Positions 41,301 through 51,036 of a DNA stretch of 64,000 nucleotides are shown piece by piece; within the stretch, counting starts at the first letter, position 1; each line of letters opens with the position of its first letter. This DNA is from a virus. The notes below the pieces were generated by a model. The model saw only the letters and a list, made by a program, of their open reading frames with translations. It ran no database searches and had not been told where the DNA came from. The stretch lies in the IMG/VR virus record IMGVR_UViG_3300022562_000124, positions 15,699 to 79,698 of that record; one strand, given 5' to 3'. The position numbers and the translations under genes were made by a program.

Positions 41301-43064
41301 GACATTACCTTTGCCCCTGACACATTAGCAAAGCTTCTATCACATGACAAGCCTGTGGTTGGCGGTATCTATCGTCAAAGACTAGAACCACAGCGCCTTG
41401 AAGTTTACGATCATAACTTTAGAACCCTTGCTTATGAAGAACTACATGGTAAAGGATTAGTTGAGATTGGTGGTCTAGGGTTTGGCTGCGTTCTTGTCAA
41501 GAGAGAAGTATTTGCTGATATCGGATATCCACAATTTGTATATCATCAGGCACTTCGTCACGAACACACGTTCAGCGAGGATTTGGATTTCTGTTGCAAG
41601 GCACGTGACAAAGGATACACCATCTGGTGCGATACGTCAATAGTATGTGGTCATATTGGCCGTCACACCTATCAGATTTCGTTACCCGCAAATTTTAATC
41701 AGCAGGTAGATGTAGTAGAAGAAAAACTACTTAAGATCGCGTCTGAAAAGCATCTACCTGAGGGTCTTGTAGAGTACACCAACAACCTTGACATTGACGC
41801 GCCCAAGGTTATCTATGATATCGGAGCGAATGCTTTAGAGTGGACCAGACTTGCCAAGAACAAGTGGCCAGAAGCTAAGGTGATTGCCTTCGAAGCCATG
41901 GACGATTTCAATAAGCTTTATAAGCATTTTGATTTTGATAATTATGTTGGTGTTCTATCTGATCAGGACGGAAAGAAAGTCAAGTTCTATGAGAATCCTT
42001 TCCTTCCATGGGGTAACTCATACTACATGGAAAATGAAAACGAATCTCCACCCGGTTGTGAATTTAATGAAGGACATGCTAAGGTAAAGACTGCCCGTAC
42101 ACTTGACGCTATTGTGGCTGAAAGAAACTGGCCTCTTCCTGACATGATCAAGATTGACGTTCAAGGTGCTGAGAAGGATATTTTGAAGGGCGCTGAGAAC
42201 TGCCTAAAGAACTGCAACGATATCATCATTGAAATTCAGCATAAGGAATACAATAAAGGTGCTCCTATGCTAGATGAAATGTTTGATTATCTTGCTTCAA
42301 TTGGATTCTATCTTGTGACCAATATTCATAAGAAAGAATGTGACGGAGATTACCATTTCAAAAAGATGGATAAGGTTCCTACAAAGGCATTCATTCTACA
42401 CACATCAAATTCAAAGTCAATGGAATATTCGCATACTGCTATTATGTCTTGTGAAAGAGTGGGGATTCAGCCCATATTGTTCAATGGTTTTGAAAATGAA
42501 ACACCAGAAGAACTATCAAGGATATTTGGGTTTGAATTTGGTTCTGATATGAACCACGGCGCTGCTAGAGCTACCGCAGGGCATTTCAAGATGTGGAATA
42601 TCATTGCTGAGCTTGATGAACCGATCATCGTATTGGAGCATGATGCAATCATGTTACAGCGTATCATGCTGCCAATTCCAGATGGCAAGATCGTTGCTCT
42701 AGGATATAAGCTTCATGATCCTTTTGCCTACGATCATGTCATGGCAGGAGAACCCAAAGAGATAGTTGACATTAAGCGCCATTCTGGTGCACATGCATAT
42801 GTCATTACACCAAAGACGGCAAGAATGCTTCTAGATGAGCTAAAGCGTGTAGGTGCACCTAGAGCCATTGACAACTATTACTTTATGAGAATAAACAATC
42901 CAGAGGACACTGAGTCAGAAGTTCCCCTTGCAATTATGGACCCGACACCAGCAATCGGATGGCTTCGTGAATCCACCATCTGGGAAGGATCGTGTGATAT
43001 CAATTATGACTTCTTGGATTCTTTTAAAAGAAACCACCATCCAAAACAGGAAGTCTCTCGTTAG
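38310..43064 (+). CDS. Multidomain glycosyltransferase: GT4(GT-B) + three GT-A/GT2-like + FkbM methyltransferase + GT25-like
   Basis: GLGGSE / ETFGISTLEA; NDASTD / LDGDDWL; FVNDDI; VDHDI / SEDLDFC; YDIGAN / IKIDVQGAE; VLEHDA / GAHAYVITP..A..LL. Confidence 0.9.
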   Translation: MKICFIDTLGLCYDGTTLSKRGLGGSESAVILMSKELAKIGFSVTVYNDCTSDDTKPGVYDGVTYRPLKSVETDAPDYDVMIGSRSVAAFAPAYMKERFKTFSYVPDFTRFQQNIKHKILWMHDTFCDGDDLIEPFLLDGLINEVFVLSDFHLDYVTNCDHGKKRMFEVLKRYMFQTRNGIGAMNPGWIDIKDKDPNLFVYNSSLTKGMVPLVNDIWPKVKEQAPDAKLIVIGGFYRFREGHTPDQQELDWREMVKRNENAGLDITFTGVIPQQEISDILRKASYMIYPCAFPETFGISTLEALAHNVPIITCNFGAEEETAIDSASYKIPFPVEPNGLFPWVNKEDQVNRFVDMTLRAYYDKYLHQQKMYACNAVKDICGWNSVAKQWKQHLFHKLGEFLPVDEYREVQKINHDVRKTFGRRFTNLEELQEPRQRQKEIAILTAVYNAEDYVGKCIRSVAAQDYYDYTMYIVNDASTDNTLNAIKQTINSLPEKIRHKFVVINNEENIGAVANHYKIIDEYLGEEQFIMILDGDDWLVNDPNIFHKYNNLYHDGAEFTYGSCWSLADNIPLIAQPYPPEVKEARSYRDYKFNWNMPYTHLRTFHAKLLRGLDSSDLMVNGEWPKAGGDTALFYHLIEKADPDKIVCVPDVVYVYNDKNPLNDYKINGDEQTKTANAIMGKGKAVEKFSVIVPTMWRCKDVFSKALQSYIDHDLVDEIIIINNDKKETPNWLGLDHPKIKMLTQEQNIYCNPAWNLGAEVAVNNKLCFVNDDIEFDTKLFDKIHSRVIPELGVHGMVTGEEKFGHPQSTDFSIDFTKWYWGDNIHGFGQLFFVHKHNWIPVPEGLDLYYGDDMIFHQHLHRGLDNYLIYNLRFYSPMAQTTSDPAIRGNKIETERPIFDKWMSENQLMSITQWLRPEPTPEEAVVPVMDQRVKRILIAIPCKNDIEADTFKSIYDQIIPDGYETDFQYFYGYAVDQVRNLIADWTVNGYDYLFAVDHDITFAPDTLAKLLSHDKPVVGGIYRQRLEPQRLEVYDHNFRTLAYEELHGKGLVEIGGLGFGCVLVKREVFADIGYPQFVYHQALRHEHTFSEDLDFCCKARDKGYTIWCDTSIVCGHIGRHTYQISLPANFNQQVDVVEEKLLKIASEKHLPEGLVEYTNNLDIDAPKVIYDIGANALEWTRLAKNKWPEAKVIAFEAMDDFNKLYKHFDFDNYVGVLSDQDGKKVKFYENPFLPWGNSYYMENENESPPGCEFNEGHAKVKTARTLDAIVAERNWPLPDMIKIDVQGAEKDILKGAENCLKNCNDIIIEIQHKEYNKGAPMLDEMFDYLASIGFYLVTNIHKKECDGDYHFKKMDKVPTKAFILHTSNSKSMEYSHTAIMSCERVGIQPILFNGFENETPEELSRIFGFEFGSDMNHGAARATAGHFKMWNIIAELDEPIIVLEHDAIMLQRIMLPIPDGKIVALGYKLHDPFAYDHVMAGEPKEIVDIKRHSGAHAYVITPKTARMLLDELKRVGAPRAIDNYYFMRINNPEDTESEVPLAIMDPTPAIGWLRESTIWEGSCDINYDFLDSFKRNHHPKQEVSR

Positions 43065-43869
43065 GAAGAGTACCGCTACTCATATTTGACGCATTGGTGA
43101 AGAAGACTGCTTGCTGACCTTGTAGCTGACCGGCATTATCTGCCCATGATGCAGAGTTGACATTCAAGTCTCCTTCGCCTTTGCCAAACGCATAATTGGC
43201 TACGTTAGCAGTATATGCAAAGTTTGAAACGTATGAGAAGTTTGCATTAACAGCAAGAACCGCTGTCTGTACTTCTAGGGTATCTTCTGTTTTACCATTA
43301 AGGTAAGTAGAATTATTAGAGGTATACGCAAAGTTTGCATTAACAGCAAATACAGCAGACTCTACGCTAAGTCTATCTTCCGTTTTACCAAATGCATGAA
43401 TTGCATTGTTGACAGTAACAAATTCTTCCATGTATGCAGCATTGACGTACAATACCACATTAGCAGCGCCTTGTCCACCACCAGAAAGACCATTACCAGA
43501 ATAAACGGTAGTGATTGTATCTTTCCAATAGGTATGTGTGCCGTTTGAGGCAAGAACCTGATCATTCGCACCAGAACTAGGGCCAGTAGTATTACCAGCC
43601 CAAATAGTAGAAATGTAAAGATTACCTACGGTAAGATTTGGTAGGTTATCAAGTAGTTTTACGTCATATTCAAAAGTATTTGCATTATAGACGAGTGTTG
43701 CCCCGTCTACTCTCTGTGTTTTATTAACACCCGGAAGGTCATCAATAGTTCTGATTTCACGAATCTGATTCTTTACGGTGATTGGATCATTAGCAAGAAT
43801 CTTACCGCCCTTTTTATTGACGGTAATCGTGAAGTCTGATTTTTGAACTAAGACATTTGTATTAGACAT
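43024..43869 (-). CDS. Fibre-associated structural protein with A(F/Y)GK.E..L.V.SA repeats
   Basis: Repeats shared with both collagen-like fibre proteins; ends LDGGFF. Confidence 0.65.
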   Translation of the reverse strand: MSNTNVLVQKSDFTITVNKKGGKILANDPITVKNQIREIRTIDDLPGVNKTQRVDGATLVYNANTFEYDVKLLDNLPNLTVGNLYISTIWAGNTTGPSSGANDQVLASNGTHTYWKDTITTVYSGNGLSGGGQGAANVVLYVNAAYMEEFVTVNNAIHAFGKTEDRLSVESAVFAVNANFAYTSNNSTYLNGKTEDTLEVQTAVLAVNANFSYVSNFAYTANVANYAFGKGEGDLNVNSASWADNAGQLQGQQAVFFTNASNMSSGTLPNERLPVLDGGFF

Positions 43870-44197
43870 TACGTGTTACCTGTGGTGTGATTGTTACGAT
43901 ACCTTCAAGTACACGAGATACTACATTATCTGTTGAATATAAAACACAGTCATAAACATATCTACCGGGAGAGATTACGCTTGTGGTAGCAGAGTTCATT
44001 GCCAGCGTAACAGTACCAGCTTCAGGAGCAATCAAGACCTGAAAGTCTACCGCAGTGGATGATGTGAAGTATTTACGAAGCTGTGCTTTACCAGTATATC
44101 CTGTTAAGTCAATAGGAGAGGTATTAGCGTCTCTCATATTAATAGTGACTTCGTAATCTACACCCTGATCAATGATTATATTGCTTTTAATTGCCAT
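43862..44197 (-). CDS. Small conserved virion structural protein (BppU-like Ig fold)
   Basis: I.QG.D......D....PIDLTGY....Q.RK...G...L...T.....GRYVYD......RVLEG....P.VT. Confidence 0.7.
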   Translation of the reverse strand: MAIKSNIIIDQGVDYEVTINMRDANTSPIDLTGYTGKAQLRKYFTSSTAVDFQVLIAPEAGTVTLAMNSATTSVISPGRYVYDCVLYSTDNVVSRVLEGIVTITPQVTRNV

Positions 44198-44228
44198 GTG
44201 TCTCTTCCAAGAAAATTGTTATTCTGTG

Positions 44229-44236
44229 TATTTATA
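44229..44236 (-). promoter_or_regulatory. T4-type late promoter TATAAATA
   Basis: Exact intergenic match upstream of 44197. Confidence 0.8.
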
Positions 44237-44238
44237 AC

Positions 44239-44266
44239 TTGACAGGGAAAAGCATTCTGATATAAT
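44239..44266 (+). promoter_or_regulatory. Consensus sigma70 promoter TTGACA-N16-TATAAT with extended -10 (TGn), antisense to heme oxygenase
   Basis: ttgaca gggaaaagcattctga tataat; both hexamers are perfect matches. Confidence 0.65.
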
Positions 44267-44799
44267 CACTGTGTGGGTTTATGATACATTCCTTCTGGAT
44301 GACGATCTTGAATCTCATCCATGATATCCAGTAGTGCTTGGAAACATGCTCTAGCTTCATCGGTGATATCGTCTCTAGTACGGAATGTCTGAAGGAATGC
44401 AAGAGAAGATTTACGATCTTCCCATTCAAGATGTTCTGTAGGGAATCCTTCAAGTCTTCTTCTCATGATTTCACCACCCATTAAATGGGCACCAGTAAGA
44501 ACATAGATTGCACCAGCAAGTGCCTTTTCATTATCTAGGGTCTTGACATATTCACTAGCAGCGGTAAAAGGTTCAATACCAAGATTCATGGCAACCATGT
44601 CTGATTCGAGTCTTTCTACTCGTCTTACATTATCTGGTACATCTTTGTCAATAACTAAATGAATTTGATGAAGAGCCTGAAGCCAAGCAGCATACCATAC
44701 TCTTGGTGGGTTTCCTGTTGACATTGCTCCACCAACAGCATGTTGTTCACAGGCATGATGTAGATCACGTGTTTCTTCCCAAAGTGGTTTCTTTGCCAT
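44266..44799 (-). CDS. Heme oxygenase (biliverdin-producing, compact phage type)
   Basis: Proximal-His helix LWEETRDLHHACE, R..RLE.D, distal helix GAIYVLTGAHLMGGEIM, C-terminal EA...F; GAGG RBS. Confidence 0.88.
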   Translation of the reverse strand: MAKKPLWEETRDLHHACEQHAVGGAMSTGNPPRVWYAAWLQALHQIHLVIDKDVPDNVRRVERLESDMVAMNLGIEPFTAASEYVKTLDNEKALAGAIYVLTGAHLMGGEIMRRRLEGFPTEHLEWEDRKSSLAFLQTFRTRDDITDEARACFQALLDIMDEIQDRHPEGMYHKPTQ

Positions 44800-44814
44800 T
44801 GTAATTTACCTCAT

Positions 44815-45456
44815 TTAAAATGTTGTTATATCTGTAACAGGTACGTCAAATTTGAATGTAACGTTCTTTTTAATATTTGTGGGACCATCAAAATCATAAC
44901 CAAATGCATCCATATCTATTTGGAATATCGGAGTTACGATATCGATTAATTCTTGGGTGTAGTGTGATCTATAATCGCCACTTGCTTTTGTACTAAAATT
45001 GCCGCGCTGTGGCATCGCTTTGTAATGAAGCATTTGTTCAAATGGAAATCCAAGATTTGAAGAAATTTCGTCTATTGATCTTTCACGATCTTCAAATTTA
45101 AATATGTGAGCTTTTAACTGCCCGTTTACATCACAAAAATACCCATACTGAGGTCCAGTATATTGTGTAATCTCTTTGGTTACATAACGTTTATTCACCC
45201 ATTCTTCAAAAGAATAATCAATAGACGTAACGTGCTTATGTAGATAATATAGGCTTACTTCACGACTGAATGGATTTCTAACAAATCCAAACGTATAAAA
45301 ATTTGATGGATCAATATCACTTATCATAGCATAAATGGAATGCTTTTGAAGAAAATATTTCCCACCTCGCCATATCAAATATGCTTCTAATGAGGTACCA
45401 CTTGTTCTTGGATTGTGAATGAAAATGTATGGTATTTTATTTTCTCTATAAATCAT
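44815..45456 (-). CDS. Sulfotransferase (Sulfotransfer_2-like)
   Basis: FIHNPRTSGTS, F.FVRNPFSR.VSLY, FKFE, YRSHY.......V...F..D...FGYDF. Confidence 0.88.
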   Translation of the reverse strand: MIYRENKIPYIFIHNPRTSGTSLEAYLIWRGGKYFLQKHSIYAMISDIDPSNFYTFGFVRNPFSREVSLYYLHKHVTSIDYSFEEWVNKRYVTKEITQYTGPQYGYFCDVNGQLKAHIFKFEDRERSIDEISSNLGFPFEQMLHYKAMPQRGNFSTKASGDYRSHYTQELIDIVTPIFQIDMDAFGYDFDGPTNIKKNVTFKFDVPVTDITTF

Positions 45457-46064
45457 GATCTTTCCTTATATGGAACCCAAGCTGTATCACCGTCAGGATT
45501 TTGTATCTTTTGGTAAATAGGAACACCAAAAGTCATATTTTTATAATATTGTTCTTTGACTTCTGATGAAAATTTCTTCGCTTCATCTAAAGACAATGGT
45601 TCTGAGTACTGGCCGCTCAATGGATTGAATACGAAAATATTTTCTGTTATATCGGTATTATTTAAGTCTACCTTTATAGTAGTCTCAAATCCATATTCAT
45701 CTAAAATAAATGTGCGGCAATTAAAAAGACCGGGATTATGAAGATGAAGAACATTTTTATATTCTTCGTAAAGGTTCAAAGCATCTTGATATGATGATGC
45801 GAAGTCAAATCCACCAGCAAGATCATTGACACGATATTCCTCAAGATATGTATGGTCATTGTAAAACGAAACTGCTATGGGATTTGATGGTAAAGATTTA
45901 TACCATAAAATCCAATCTTGTGGAACATTATTTTGTAATAAAAATTCCATACCCTCTTCATAGGTAATTTCGTCTTTATTTAAGCTTGCCTTTATGTCAA
46001 GAGTCCATCTGTATGCATCGGCGCATGGCAAGCATTTTTTCAAAAGTTCCTGTGTTATTTTCAT
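45453..46064 (-). CDS. Hypothetical protein
   Basis: 203-aa ORF coupled on both sides (TAATG, ATGA); N-terminal IT.ELL....C....W motif. Confidence 0.7.
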   Translation of the reverse strand: MKITQELLKKCLPCADAYRWTLDIKASLNKDEITYEEGMEFLLQNNVPQDWILWYKSLPSNPIAVSFYNDHTYLEEYRVNDLAGGFDFASSYQDALNLYEEYKNVLHLHNPGLFNCRTFILDEYGFETTIKVDLNNTDITENIFVFNPLSGQYSEPLSLDEAKKFSSEVKEQYYKNMTFGVPIYQKIQNPDGDTAWVPYKERS

Positions 46065-47260
46065 TATAGAATAGCTCCAAATACACGGCTAGGATTAAAA
46101 CCACCTATCCAAGATAAAGTCCATGTCCCCCCTGATGGGGGCACATATGTTCCCGGCCAATACCAGCTACCACCATAATAGCCACCGGGAAAGTAATCGC
46201 TAGTGTCAATTGCAGCACCACCAGCGGCACCCGGTTGATCGCCACCTGTAGTATTTAGGGCATTACCACCACCAGCAGCGCCCCAACCGCCGCCGCCCCC
46301 GCCAGCTTGCCCGAAGCCATTGTTACCGTTCCATGTTGGATTACCACCGGTATTATTACTACCGCCACCAGAACCACCAGTTACCAGAACAATAGGATCG
46401 GAAGCGTTGGTTTTTGCCGCAGTGGCCGCGCCGGAACCGCCACCAGAACCACCATTTCCTCCAACACCAGTTTTTGTAGTCGAATTGTTAGTACCAGCGG
46501 TTGGTCCAACTGTTGTGGACCCCGGTATAATACGACCACCACCGCCACCAGCACCAAGCCCACCACTAGCCGCACCGGTTGAGCCTACCTGTCCCGGACC
46601 ACCACCGGGTGTCCATGCTGATGTAGCAGGATCGAATGTGCGACCACCTCGACCACCACCCGCACCGCCGCCCCCGCCAGCCCAACCGCCGCCAGTTGCA
46701 GAGCCAGCAGGACCGGCAGCGCCACCACCGCCGCCACCGCCACCAATATAACCGTTGGTGTTATCGATTGTGGTGTTACAATTTAATTGTAGTGCGACCA
46801 TACCTGCGCTAGCAGGACCAGAGGTCGCCTGATTATTATAATTGGTGTATGAATATCCACCATCACCACCTTGTCCAATAATGAATCCTTTATTAATGAT
46901 AAAAAGCATTCCCGGAAAGGTGCCTGTTGAATTATATCCGTTGCTGCCATAAATGAATACTCCGGGAGCAATGATAATTTGTGCATCGCCTGATCCGGGA
47001 TAACCATTAGCAACAGCCCAATTATAAAAATTAAAGTTGGCCTGATTTGTGGTTACAGTTGCCGTCCATATTGCACTAATACCAGCAAACTGTGAAAGTT
47101 TTAATGGGCTTGATGGTGTGCCATAACCAATTTGTGTAAATGATTCTGGCACAATACCACCGCCTCTTCTGTACGCATAGAGGTTGGAAGCAAGTCCCAT
47201 TCCTTTACTTGAAAACTCATTTCTCACAGAAGAGAATGATGGGGGATTTGAAACTGCCAT
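46064..47260 (-). CDS. Glycine-rich fibre-tip adhesin, T2 gp38-like architecture
   Basis: N-terminal S.S.VRNEF...NL.AYRRGG..VP...L.LSQF.G, then N.G.I.G.GG.GG and I.GGGGGGG, GGGGGWGA.GG; follows chaperone-bearing fibre gene. Confidence 0.8.
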   Translation of the reverse strand: MAVSNPPSFSSVRNEFSSKGMGLASNLYAYRRGGGIVPESFTQIGYGTPSSPLKLSQFAGISAIWTATVTTNQANFNFYNWAVANGYPGSGDAQIIIAPGVFIYGSNGYNSTGTFPGMLFIINKGFIIGQGGDGGYSYTNYNNQATSGPASAGMVALQLNCNTTIDNTNGYIGGGGGGGGAAGPAGSATGGGWAGGGGGAGGGRGGRTFDPATSAWTPGGGPGQVGSTGAASGGLGAGGGGGRIIPGSTTVGPTAGTNNSTTKTGVGGNGGSGGGSGAATAAKTNASDPIVLVTGGSGGGSNNTGGNPTWNGNNGFGQAGGGGGGWGAAGGGNALNTTGGDQPGAAGGAAIDTSDYFPGGYYGGSWYWPGTYVPPSGGTWTLSWIGGFNPSRVFGAIL

Positions 47261-50200
47261 TATCTATTCTCCAAATCATCAACTTTCTTAGAAAGTTCCT
47301 TGACGGCTTCGATCAGTAGTGCTACAAGTCGGTTGTATGTTACAGACTTATAACCAGTTGATTCGTCAAAGTAAACTACTTCAGGAATAAATTGTTCAAT
47401 TTGTTGAGCAAGAATGCCTACTTCCACCTTATCGCCATCAAATCCTAGTTTCTGTGCGTTTTCATTCCATGTGTACTTGACACCATCAATGTTCTTGACA
47501 ATATCAAGTGCATTGTCTATGTAGCCAACAACAGTCTTAAGATTTTGGTCAGAAGCAACGATGAAGTCGCCAGCATAGATTGAAGCTCCGCCAGTAGCCG
47601 CACTTAGTGTTGTGCTGCCTGTGTAGTATGCTGCATAGTTAATAGTGCCAGCATTTACGATGCCAGTTCCCGGAGGTCCCGCAGGACCGGTTGGACCAGT
47701 TGGCCCCGGACTACCGCTTGGACCAGTTGGCCCCGGAGGACCCGCAGGACCGGCAGGGCCGGTTGCACCAGAGGGACCGGCAGGACCCGCAGGACCGGCA
47801 GGACCCGCAGGACCGGCAGGGCCAGATGGACCCGCAGGACCGGCAATACCTTGTGATCCAACATAACCGGTTGGTCCGGTTGGTCCACTTGGTCCAGTTG
47901 CACCAGTTGGTCCAGTTGCACCAGTTGGTCCGGTTGGACCCGCCGCGCCTTGTAGTCCACGAGAACCGGTATACCCTATTGGACCGGGACCGCCCACAGG
48001 GCCAGTAGGACCGGTTGGACCGGCAGGGCCGGTTGGTCCCGGAGGACCCGCAGGACCGGCAGGACCTATTGGACCAGCAGGACCGGTAGAACCCGCAGTG
48101 CCAGATGGACCGGTTGGACCGGCAGGACCGGTTGGGCCAATAGGACCGGTTGCACCAGTTGGACCAGCAGGACCGGTAGGACCAGCAGGACCAGTTAAAC
48201 CAATCGAACCAGTATAACCAACGGTTCCAGAAGGACCAGCCGCACCAGATGGACCGATAGGACCCGGAGCACCAATATCACCTTTAGAACCAGTATAACC
48301 CGTTCCGCCAGAAGGACCGATAGGACCCTGTGAACCAGCATATCCTCTATCGCCCTTAGAACCAGCGTAACCAGTTGAACCATCATAACCTGCACCAGCA
48401 GAACCTGTGTATCCAGAACCAGAAGAACCAGTATATCCTAGTGATCCATTATATCCACGAGAACCGGTATAACCAGCACATCCAAGATATCCGTTTGATC
48501 CCGGATAACCAGTATCACCCTTAGAGCCAGTGTAACCTACGAATCTACCAGCGTTACTCCATGTTGTACCAGACCATACCCAAATACTACCTGTATCTGT
48601 GGTGACATATGCGTCACCAGTAGTTCCAATGTATGAAGATGGGTATCCGGGAAGAGCAGTAGATGTTGTGACTGTACCCTTAAGGCTAATTGATGTACCA
48701 GAAGAACCAGCGTATCCTACTGAACCAGTATAACCTAGTGAACCAATAAATCCAACACCGCCCTGTGAACCAGTGTAACCAGTAGCACCGATAGAGCCAG
48801 TGTAGCCTAGCGAACCAGTGTAACCAATAGTACCTGTTGCACCAACATCACCCTTGGAACCTGTGTAACCTAATGAACCAACATCACCCTTGGAACCAGT
48901 GTAACCGCGAGAACCATTATATCCACCAGAACCGCTATATCCAGTGTTACCCTGTACACCTTGTGAACCTGTGTAACCTAATGAACCTGTGTATCCAACA
49001 AACTGACCAGCATCTTTCCACACTGAACCAGTATAGCCAGCAGGGCCGCTATAAACATAAATGTGATTGTCTGCAAGCACAACATATGCATCACCTGAAG
49101 TTCCTGTTGGAAGGGCAGATGTTGTAGCTACAGTGCCTTTAATATTAATTGATTCGCCTTGTGAGCCAGTATAACCAATGGAACCATCGTAGCCACGTGA
49201 ACCGTTATATCCAATTGTTCCGTTAGCACCAGCAGAACCAGTATAGCCACGTGAACCGTCATAACCTGCACCAACAGAACCAGTATAACCAATGGAACCA
49301 GAATACCCCGGTGCAGTAGATGCAGAACCAGTATAACCAGAACCACCAGCAGGACCAACAGAACCATCGTAACCACGTGATCCAACATACCCTGAGTTAC
49401 CTCTTGAGCCAGAGTAACCACGTGATCCAGTATAGCCAATGGAACCATCGTAACCAGTATTACCCCTTGAACCAGAGTAACCTACGTCACCTTGTGATCC
49501 TGTGTAACCAATCGAACCAGAGTAACCCAAGTCACCACGTGAACCGACAAAGCCTGTAGTACCCTGTGATCCTGTGAAACCTACAGAACCAGTATAACCA
49601 AGTAGACCACGAGAACCATCATATCCGGTTAAGCCTTGTGAACCCGTATAACCCTGTGAACCAGTAAAGCCAAGCGAACCTGTATAGCCTTGTGATCCTG
49701 AATATCCTGTAGGACCGTTTGAACCAACATATCCACGTGATCCGGCATATCCCGGATTACCCTGTGAACCAGTGTATCCAGAATTATCAGACCAGAACAT
49801 TGATGTTCCGTTTGAAGTCAATACTTGACCACCAGAACCAAATGTGTTATTAGCAAAGATTCTCTTGATGTATGCAGCATTTGCTGATAGAGTGCCGTCT
49901 ACAGTTACAGTGCCGGTCTCATCAACAGCAAGCCATACTCTATCAAGAGTAATATCGTCAAATGCATTGGTGTTTGAAGTAGCACCAATCTGGAATCTCT
50001 TTGTCTCTTCATCCCATGCAAGAGCGACATTATATTCGGTTGTATTCGCAGTCTCGAATCTCTGAAGAACAAGACCAATGTCGTTAAGAGCAACTTGCTG
50101 TCCCTCGTTCAAAATAATAAACGAATTATTGACAGTTAGAGTTGTGGTATTAACAAAGACAGCAGTACCATTGACATGAAGGTTGCCAGTTACGACAAGA

Positions 50201-51009
50201 TCAGTTACAATAGCTGAGTTTGGTTGATTTGTACCAATGGCGGCTGGATATGTCCAATCGTATCCATCTAGGAGATTAGAATTGTTCGCATTTAATGCGC
50301 TGTTTACGCTAAGTGCAGCTTCGATCTTACCATAAGCGTAATTTGAATTGTTTGCAGTTGTTGCAAATTCTGCATTAGCTGCATTGTTGGCAAACTTTGA
50401 ATTGTTTACGTTAAGAGCATCTTCGGTCTTACCATATGCAAATGTAGTGTTGTTTGCAAGAAGAGCAGTATTAGAGCTTTGTGCATAGACAGCACTATTG
50501 ACATTAAGTGCAGGTTCTACTTTACCGTAAGCAAAGAAGGTGTCATTGGCGGTCAATGAGAAAATGGCGTTAGTAGAAAATACTGAACTGTTTACGTTAA
50601 GAGCAGATTCTACTTTACCATAAGCAAAGACGGTATCATTAGCAACATATGAGAATGATGAATTGGTAGCAAATACTGCACTATTGACGTTTAGATTTGG
50701 CTCTGTCTTACCATACGCAAAGACGGTATCGTTTGCTAGTAGTGCATTATTGGCAAGAACAGCTAGTAATGAGAGGCTAGAAAGATTTGCTAGTAGTGCA
50801 TATTGAGCAGTATTTGCGTTAAGCGCATTCGTTGCTGTGTTTGCATTCTCGGAAAGAGAAATCCATTTTGCGCCATCTGAGTAGTAAAGTAAACTGTCTT
50901 CGCCATACAGCAACGCACCCGGAAACGCTGTAGCATCGTACATGTCCAGATTGACAGCATAACCCTGACCAACAAATAAATCGGTACCGGAATTATAAAT
51001 TGCGCTCAT
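47260..51009 (-). CDS. Long collagen-like tail fibre with C-terminal intramolecular chaperone (peptidase S74-like)
   Basis: 31-aa AYGK repeats, GYTGS and GPT/GPA Gly-X-Y tracts, C-terminal SD..LK...I.NAL..V..I.GV.Y.W...G..AQ..E...PEVV...[14 protein letters not shown]. Confidence 0.9.
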   Translation of the reverse strand: MSAIYNSGTDLFVGQGYAVNLDMYDATAFPGALLYGEDSLLYYSDGAKWISLSENANTATNALNANTAQYALLANLSSLSLLAVLANNALLANDTVFAYGKTEPNLNVNSAVFATNSSFSYVANDTVFAYGKVESALNVNSSVFSTNAIFSLTANDTFFAYGKVEPALNVNSAVYAQSSNTALLANNTTFAYGKTEDALNVNNSKFANNAANAEFATTANNSNYAYGKIEAALSVNSALNANNSNLLDGYDWTYPAAIGTNQPNSAIVTDLVVTGNLHVNGTAVFVNTTTLTVNNSFIILNEGQQVALNDIGLVLQRFETANTTEYNVALAWDEETKRFQIGATSNTNAFDDITLDRVWLAVDETGTVTVDGTLSANAAYIKRIFANNTFGSGGQVLTSNGTSMFWSDNSGYTGSQGNPGYAGSRGYVGSNGPTGYSGSQGYTGSLGFTGSQGYTGSQGLTGYDGSRGLLGYTGSVGFTGSQGTTGFVGSRGDLGYSGSIGYTGSQGDVGYSGSRGNTGYDGSIGYTGSRGYSGSRGNSGYVGSRGYDGSVGPAGGSGYTGSASTAPGYSGSIGYTGSVGAGYDGSRGYTGSAGANGTIGYNGSRGYDGSIGYTGSQGESINIKGTVATTSALPTGTSGDAYVVLADNHIYVYSGPAGYTGSVWKDAGQFVGYTGSLGYTGSQGVQGNTGYSGSGGYNGSRGYTGSKGDVGSLGYTGSKGDVGATGTIGYTGSLGYTGSIGATGYTGSQGGVGFIGSLGYTGSVGYAGSSGTSISLKGTVTTSTALPGYPSSYIGTTGDAYVTTDTGSIWVWSGTTWSNAGRFVGYTGSKGDTGYPGSNGYLGCAGYTGSRGYNGSLGYTGSSGSGYTGSAGAGYDGSTGYAGSKGDRGYAGSQGPIGPSGGTGYTGSKGDIGAPGPIGPSGAAGPSGTVGYTGSIGLTGPAGPTGPAGPTGATGPIGPTGPAGPTGPSGTAGSTGPAGPIGPAGPAGPPGPTGPAGPTGPTGPVGGPGPIGYTGSRGLQGAAGPTGPTGATGPTGATGPSGPTGPTGYVGSQGIAGPAGPSGPAGPAGPAGPAGPAGPSGATGPAGPAGPPGPTGPSGSPGPTGPTGPAGPPGTGIVNAGTINYAAYYTGSTTLSAATGGASIYAGDFIVASDQNLKTVVGYIDNALDIVKNIDGVKYTWNENAQKLGFDGDKVEVGILAQQIEQFIPEVVYFDESTGYKSVTYNRLVALLIEAVKELSKKVDDLENR
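47774..47820. repeat. 18-nt tandem repeat encoding (GPA)n
   Basis: ggaccggcaggacccgca x~2.6. Confidence 0.8.
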
Positions 51010-51036
51010 TGAATCCTATCCTTGATGTTTTTATAT

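Noticed and set aside
46307-49559. Alternative-frame and antisense ORFs (Pro-rich, Gln/His-rich, Val/Leu-rich)
   Set aside because: Shadows of Gly-rich and collagen repeats, lacking RBS or family motifs; the same applies to the many short antisense ORFs throughout the track
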